In this document: positions 34,905-37,809 of the stretch, piece after piece
How the letters are laid out: every line of letters starts with the position of its first letter
Position numbering within the stretch: position 1 is the first letter of the stretch
Virus record (IMG/VR): IMGVR_UViG_2602041644_000008
Location: 1 to 37,809 of that record
Length of the DNA stretch: 37,809 nucleotides
Origin: a virus
Taxonomy: Duplodnaviria; Heunggongvirae; Uroviricota; Caudoviricetes
Reading direction: 5' to 3' (one strand)
Position numbers and translations under genes: made by a program
The notes under the pieces: model-generated
The model's database searches: none
What the model saw: the letters and a program-made list of their open reading frames with translations, nothing else
Told to the model about the DNA's origin: nothing

Positions 34905-35174
34905 TCAGCTTGAATGTTGTGGGGAGGAATTAATCATGATCTGCTTAATCTCTGCCCTGATACGACGGTTTGATTCCATGGTGCACTCAACACAGTGTCC
35001 GTTGTAAACCCAGCGTTCACTGTCATGTCCGTGCTTACATGGTTTTCCGGTGTAGTAGCGTTTAAGTCCGCGCTTTGCGGCATCAATACGTGTAATGATT
35101 TCCATGGTAAGCCCTGTTATTAGTATTGGGATTACGGTCATTTTGTGCTGACACAAAAAAAAGATCAACCACAT
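34905..35174 (-). CDS. Small Cys/His-rich (zinc-ribbon-like) protein, CII-position gene; start uncertain (M1, M12 or M24)
   Basis: KPCKHGHDSERWVYNGHCVEC motif. First gene after the cro terminator and an operator. Confidence 0.4.
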   Translation of the reverse strand: MWLIFFLCQHKMTVIPILITGLTMEIITRIDAAKRGLKRYYTGKPCKHGHDSERWVYNGHCVECTMESNRRIRAEIKQIMINSSPQHSS

Positions 35175-35184
35175 TTGGTTATTT

Positions 35185-35201
35185 ATTACCTTTGAGGTAC
35201 G
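35185..35201. promoter_or_regulatory. Operator dyad ATTACCTTTGAGGTACG
   Basis: Between the cro terminator and the zinc-ribbon gene. Confidence 0.5.
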
Positions 35202-35210
35202 AATAGATAT

Positions 35211-35233
35211 GAAAAGACCGCCGGGTGGCGGTC
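35211..35233 (-). terminator. Terminator after the cro-like gene (tR1-like)
   Basis: Minus strand GACCGCC-ACCC-GGCGGTC followed by TTTTC. Confidence 0.5.
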
Positions 35234-35255
35234 TACAGAGGGTTGTAGCTGGATA

Positions 35256-35486
35256 TCATGAGTAGAAGAAGTATGCCAGTTCTGCTTTTGAGTGCAGCCA
35301 TTGTCTTGATTTACAGGCTTTAAAAAGCCCATTCATCAATACCTTACCTGGCATTTTGCGCTTACCTGTTAAGTGAGTCTGGATATAGTGACTCGTCGTT
35401 CCGGCTTCCTGTGCGAAGGCTTCACGCTCATCCGGAGTAAGTGCAAGCCAGTGCTTTTTGAAATCGAAATGTCCGTTATCGCTCAT
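35256..35486 (-). CDS. Cro/CII-like HTH regulator (first gene of the early operon divergent from the repressor)
   Basis: HTH segment FAQEAGTTSHYIQTHLTG resembles the CII-type HTH. Position equals cro. Confidence 0.55.
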   Translation of the reverse strand: MSDNGHFDFKKHWLALTPDEREAFAQEAGTTSHYIQTHLTGKRKMPGKVLMNGLFKACKSRQWLHSKAELAYFFYS

Positions 35487-35521
35487 AGCTATTGCCTGAT
35501 ATTTATTTCAGATAATAAATA

Positions 35522-35538
35522 TTCACCTATAAGGTAAC
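35522..35538. promoter_or_regulatory. Operator O1 TTCACCTATAAGGTAAC (cro-proximal)
   Basis: One of three tandem dyads in the 154-bp cI-cro intergenic region. Confidence 0.6.
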
Positions 35539-35552
35539 AAAAATCAAGGATA

Positions 35553-35569
35553 GTTACCCATGAGGTGCA
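35553..35569. promoter_or_regulatory. Operator O2 GTTACCCATGAGGTGCA
   Basis: Centre 31 bp from O1. Confidence 0.55.
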
Positions 35570-35586
35570 TTTACCTGTTGGGTAAT
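35570..35586. promoter_or_regulatory. Operator O3 TTTACCTGTTGGGTAAT (repressor-proximal)
   Basis: Abuts O2. Lambda OR-like tripartite arrangement. Confidence 0.55.
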
Positions 35587-35640
35587 ATTGCTTTAAATTG
35601 AATCATCTTCTGATTCAGATATGAGGCGATTTTCCAGAAA

Positions 35641-36225
35641 ATGAAAAGTATCCAGGACGTCCGCAGGCAAAATCTCAACGACTTGATCGACCGTGAATTC
35701 AATGGTGTTCAGACGCGGATGGCTGAAAAACTTGGAACTCAGGCAAATCTGGTAAACCGCTGGGCTCTTGGCAAGAAGGTTATCGGCGACCAGGTTGCGC
35801 GAAAAATTGAAGCTGCCGCCAATAAACCCCGTAACTGGCTTGATATCGATCGCTCGCTTTCTCAGGAAGGTTTTCAGCCTGTCGGACCAAGCGACATTGG
35901 TCAACTGGCGGCTCACAACCTGGAACGCTGGATGAGCGAAAGCCGCGACCTTTCAACGCAGGGAAAACTTCACCGCGCATCCGGCGTCGCCCAGGTAACA
36001 ATCAGCCGCCTGTTAAACAATGAGGTCAGCGTTTCCATTTCCACCCTGGAGAATGTTGCATCCGCATTTGGGCGTCACGGATATGAATTACTGATTCACC
36101 CGCACGACCCCGCGACTATCAACTATGACCGCTCGCGCTACGCATTGTTACCTGAAACAGAGAAGGCAAAGATCGAAAGTTACATTGAATTTGTCATCAA
36201 CCAGAACGAAAAAAACAAACAATAA
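35641..36225 (+). CDS. Prophage repressor, two XRE-type HTH domains, no S24/LexA-like peptidase domain
   Basis: HTH1 TRMAEKLGTQANLVNRWALGKK. HTH2 LHRASGVAQVTISRLLNNEVSVSISTLENVASAFG. No Ser/Lys autocleavage module. Divergent from cro with three operators. Confidence 0.65.
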   Translation: MKSIQDVRRQNLNDLIDREFNGVQTRMAEKLGTQANLVNRWALGKKVIGDQVARKIEAAANKPRNWLDIDRSLSQEGFQPVGPSDIGQLAAHNLERWMSESRDLSTQGKLHRASGVAQVTISRLLNNEVSVSISTLENVASAFGRHGYELLIHPHDPATINYDRSRYALLPETEKAKIESYIEFVINQNEKNKQ

Positions 36226-36247
36226 AATCATATTTTTCAGTAAGTAA

Positions 36248-36270
36248 GCCGCCTTCTGGCGGCTTTTTTA
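36248..36270 (+). terminator. Rho-independent terminator after the repressor gene
   Basis: GCCGCC-TTCT-GGCGGC followed by TTTTTT. Confidence 0.65.
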
Positions 36271-36281
36271 TTGCCTATTTG

Positions 36282-36298
36282 ATTACCTAACGGGTAAT
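36282..36298. promoter_or_regulatory. Operator dyad ATTACCTAACGGGTAAT
   Basis: Perfect dyad upstream of the promoter for the recombination operon. Confidence 0.55.
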
Positions 36299-36316
36299 TT
36301 TTTTAACTCATATCTA

Positions 36317-36360
36317 TTGACATCAAACCAGATACGCATAATTATTACCTCAACGGTAAC
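36317..36360 (+). promoter_or_regulatory. Early promoter (TTGACA-17-AATTAT) with operator ATTACCTCAACGGTAAC (36344..36360) over the -10/+1 region
   Basis: Consensus -35 hexamer. Dyad overlaps the -10/start region. Drives the plus-strand genes from 36379 onward (PL-like). Confidence 0.5.
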
Positions 36361-36378
36361 AGACCGAGGTAACAAGTT

Positions 36379-36531
36379 ATGCAGTGGAAAATCATCAACG
36401 GTTGGTACTGCGTTACTGCATGCGGATTCATGAGCTGGAAGTTCCGCACCTTACAGGAAGGCATTAAGTGGGCTTTCGTCAGCAAAGAAGCTCGCGATGT
36501 GGCCAACGATAACGAGATATGGGAGGGCTGA
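36379..36531 (+). CDS. Small ORF (50 aa, Trp/Cys-rich), first gene of the recombination operon
   Basis: SD GAGG 9 nt upstream of ATG. Untracked short ORF. Confidence 0.25.
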   Translation: MQWKIINGWYCVTACGFMSWKFRTLQEGIKWAFVSKEARDVANDNEIWEG

Positions 36532-36533
36532 TA

Positions 36534-36833
36534 ATGAACGTTAATCAGCAGAAAAATCTTCAAAAAATCATGCTGGCATTCGACAAGGACTACCGCCTGT
36601 CAGAACAGCTATATGACCGACAAGTTGAACTGATTGAGAGTATCCGGCTTCATCAACTGGCATCAACTTTCGACGTTGTAACAGTTAAAGGCGTTCGCCA
36701 GGAAGTACTGGAGGCCGCTAAAGACAGTCCAGAGTTCGAAGAACTGATGGATTCCTACCGGCGCGAGGCAATGGCAATTATCGCCCGCTGGGATCTGGCT
36801 GATCAGCTTGATGGGCAGAGGGACGCGGCATGA
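36534..36833 (+). CDS. Hypothetical protein (99 aa)
   Basis: Start MNVNQQ follows GGAGGG. Helical. No domain recognised. Confidence 0.4.
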   Translation: MNVNQQKNLQKIMLAFDKDYRLSEQLYDRQVELIESIRLHQLASTFDVVTVKGVRQEVLEAAKDSPEFEELMDSYRREAMAIIARWDLADQLDGQRDAA

Positions 36834-37036
36834 AACCAACACTCCTCTCATTGCTGCGAGGTGGAAAACACAGCATCCGAGATATGGCAAAGATTCTTGG
36901 TATCTCAAGATCGAAGGTTTCTTGGTTCATCGCTGAGCTTGAACGTCGCAAATGGGTAGAGGTAACCAGGAGCGCAATATATTTCCACGATGGAACCAGA
37001 TCCAACAAGCAGAACGAATACAAGGTTAAGTTATGA
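36830..37036 (+). CDS. Small winged-helix/HTH-like protein (68 aa)
   Basis: IRDMAKILGISRSKVSWFIAELERRKWVEV is HTH-like. Stop overlaps the next start. Confidence 0.4.
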   Translation: MKPTLLSLLRGGKHSIRDMAKILGISRSKVSWFIAELERRKWVEVTRSAIYFHDGTRSNKQNEYKVKL

Positions 37037-37560
37037 ATACTGGCATCTATTTCGACATCAGCAATGAGGACTACCACGCCGGTGACGGCGTGAGTAAGTC
37101 GCAACTAGACATGGTTGCCAAGAATCCGGCGCTTCTTAAATGGGTTCAGGCAGCACCAGAAGACGAAGAGAAAAAGTCTGCACTGGATATGGGAACCGCA
37201 TTGCACTGTCTGCTTCTGGAGCCTGGAGAGTTCGACAAACGCTTCATTGTTTCACCGAAATTCGATCGTCGGACGAAACAAGGTAAAGCTGACGAAGAGG
37301 CATTTCTTCGTGATGTGGCGGATATGGGGATTACGGTACTTGATGCCGAGCAGTGGCGGAAACTGGAGCTGATGCGTGATAGCGCAATGGCTCACCCGGC
37401 GGCACGCTGGATGCTGGAAGCACCTGGTTACTGCGAAGCATCAATGTACTGGAACGATGAAGATACTGGTGAGTTGTGCCGCATTCGTCCAGACAAATGG
37501 CTGAACGAGCACAACGTGATCGTCGACGTGAAAAAGGTTGCAGATATGGACCGTTTTGCA

Positions 37561-37581
<21 letters not shown>
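37033..37581 (+). pseudogene. RecE/YqaJ-like PD-(D/E)XK exonuclease, 3' truncated by IS insertion
   Basis: Motifs GTALHCLLLEPGEF, IRPDKW and IVDVKK (catalytic D-x-K) present. Expected C-terminal region replaced by CQRHDV-stop, read from IS-derived sequence starting near 37561. Confidence 0.5.

Positions 37582-37809
<228 letters not shown>

Noticed and set aside
35593-35916. 107-aa minus-strand ORF antisense to the repressor gene
   Set aside because: Fully overlaps the well-supported HTH repressor on the opposite strand. No RBS. Likely a frame artefact.

Overview
Nearly the whole window (about 1.2 kb to the right edge) is one prophage. It lies next to two host genes for secreted or envelope proteins (1..1071). 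The prophage runs past the right edge and its integrase is not in the window. Read right to left on the minus strand, the gene order is: SOS-independent immunity region (two-HTH repressor at 35641..36225, divergent Cro/CII-like gene, three operators) -> lambda-like replication module (O-like initiator with an iteron origin inside the gene, lambda-P-like helicase loader) -> nin-like accessory genes (DUF1064, Ead/Ea22, GNAT-like, VRR-NUC-like, DUF551) -> terS/terL -> an opposite-strand insert (Gp49-like gene plus tRNA-Arg(UCU) with a structured leader) -> a T7-like morphogenesis module in T7 order (gp8-like portal, scaffold, capsid, gp11/gp12-like tail tubular proteins, gp13/14/15/16-like internal virion proteins) -> an AT-rich moron island (6.0-10.3 kb) -> tailspike (T7 gp17-like N-terminus plus beta-helix depolymerase) -> small membrane protein -> lysis cassette (holins, GH19 endolysin, Rz with embedded Rz1) at the left prophage end. 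The island holds a LexA-box-controlled small protein paralogous to the Bro C-terminus, a membrane-anchored tandem zinc-ribbon protein, a Bro-N antirepressor-like protein, a YafO-like toxin pair and secreted proteins. No phage RNA polymerase gene is present in the window. A 17-bp dyad motif (consensus ATTACC-N5-GGTAAT) occurs at least 14-15 times, always intergenic, including three tandem copies between the repressor and cro genes; it looks like a genome-wide operator network. At the right edge an IS21-family element (istB 3' end on the minus strand) has inserted into and truncated a RecE/YqaJ-like exonuclease gene. The organisation (terminase .. tailspike .. lysis at one prophage end, early genes toward the integrase) resembles epsilon15/phiV10-type temperate podoviruses, but with clear T7-family virion proteins. 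All calls come from reading the sequence; no database search was run.
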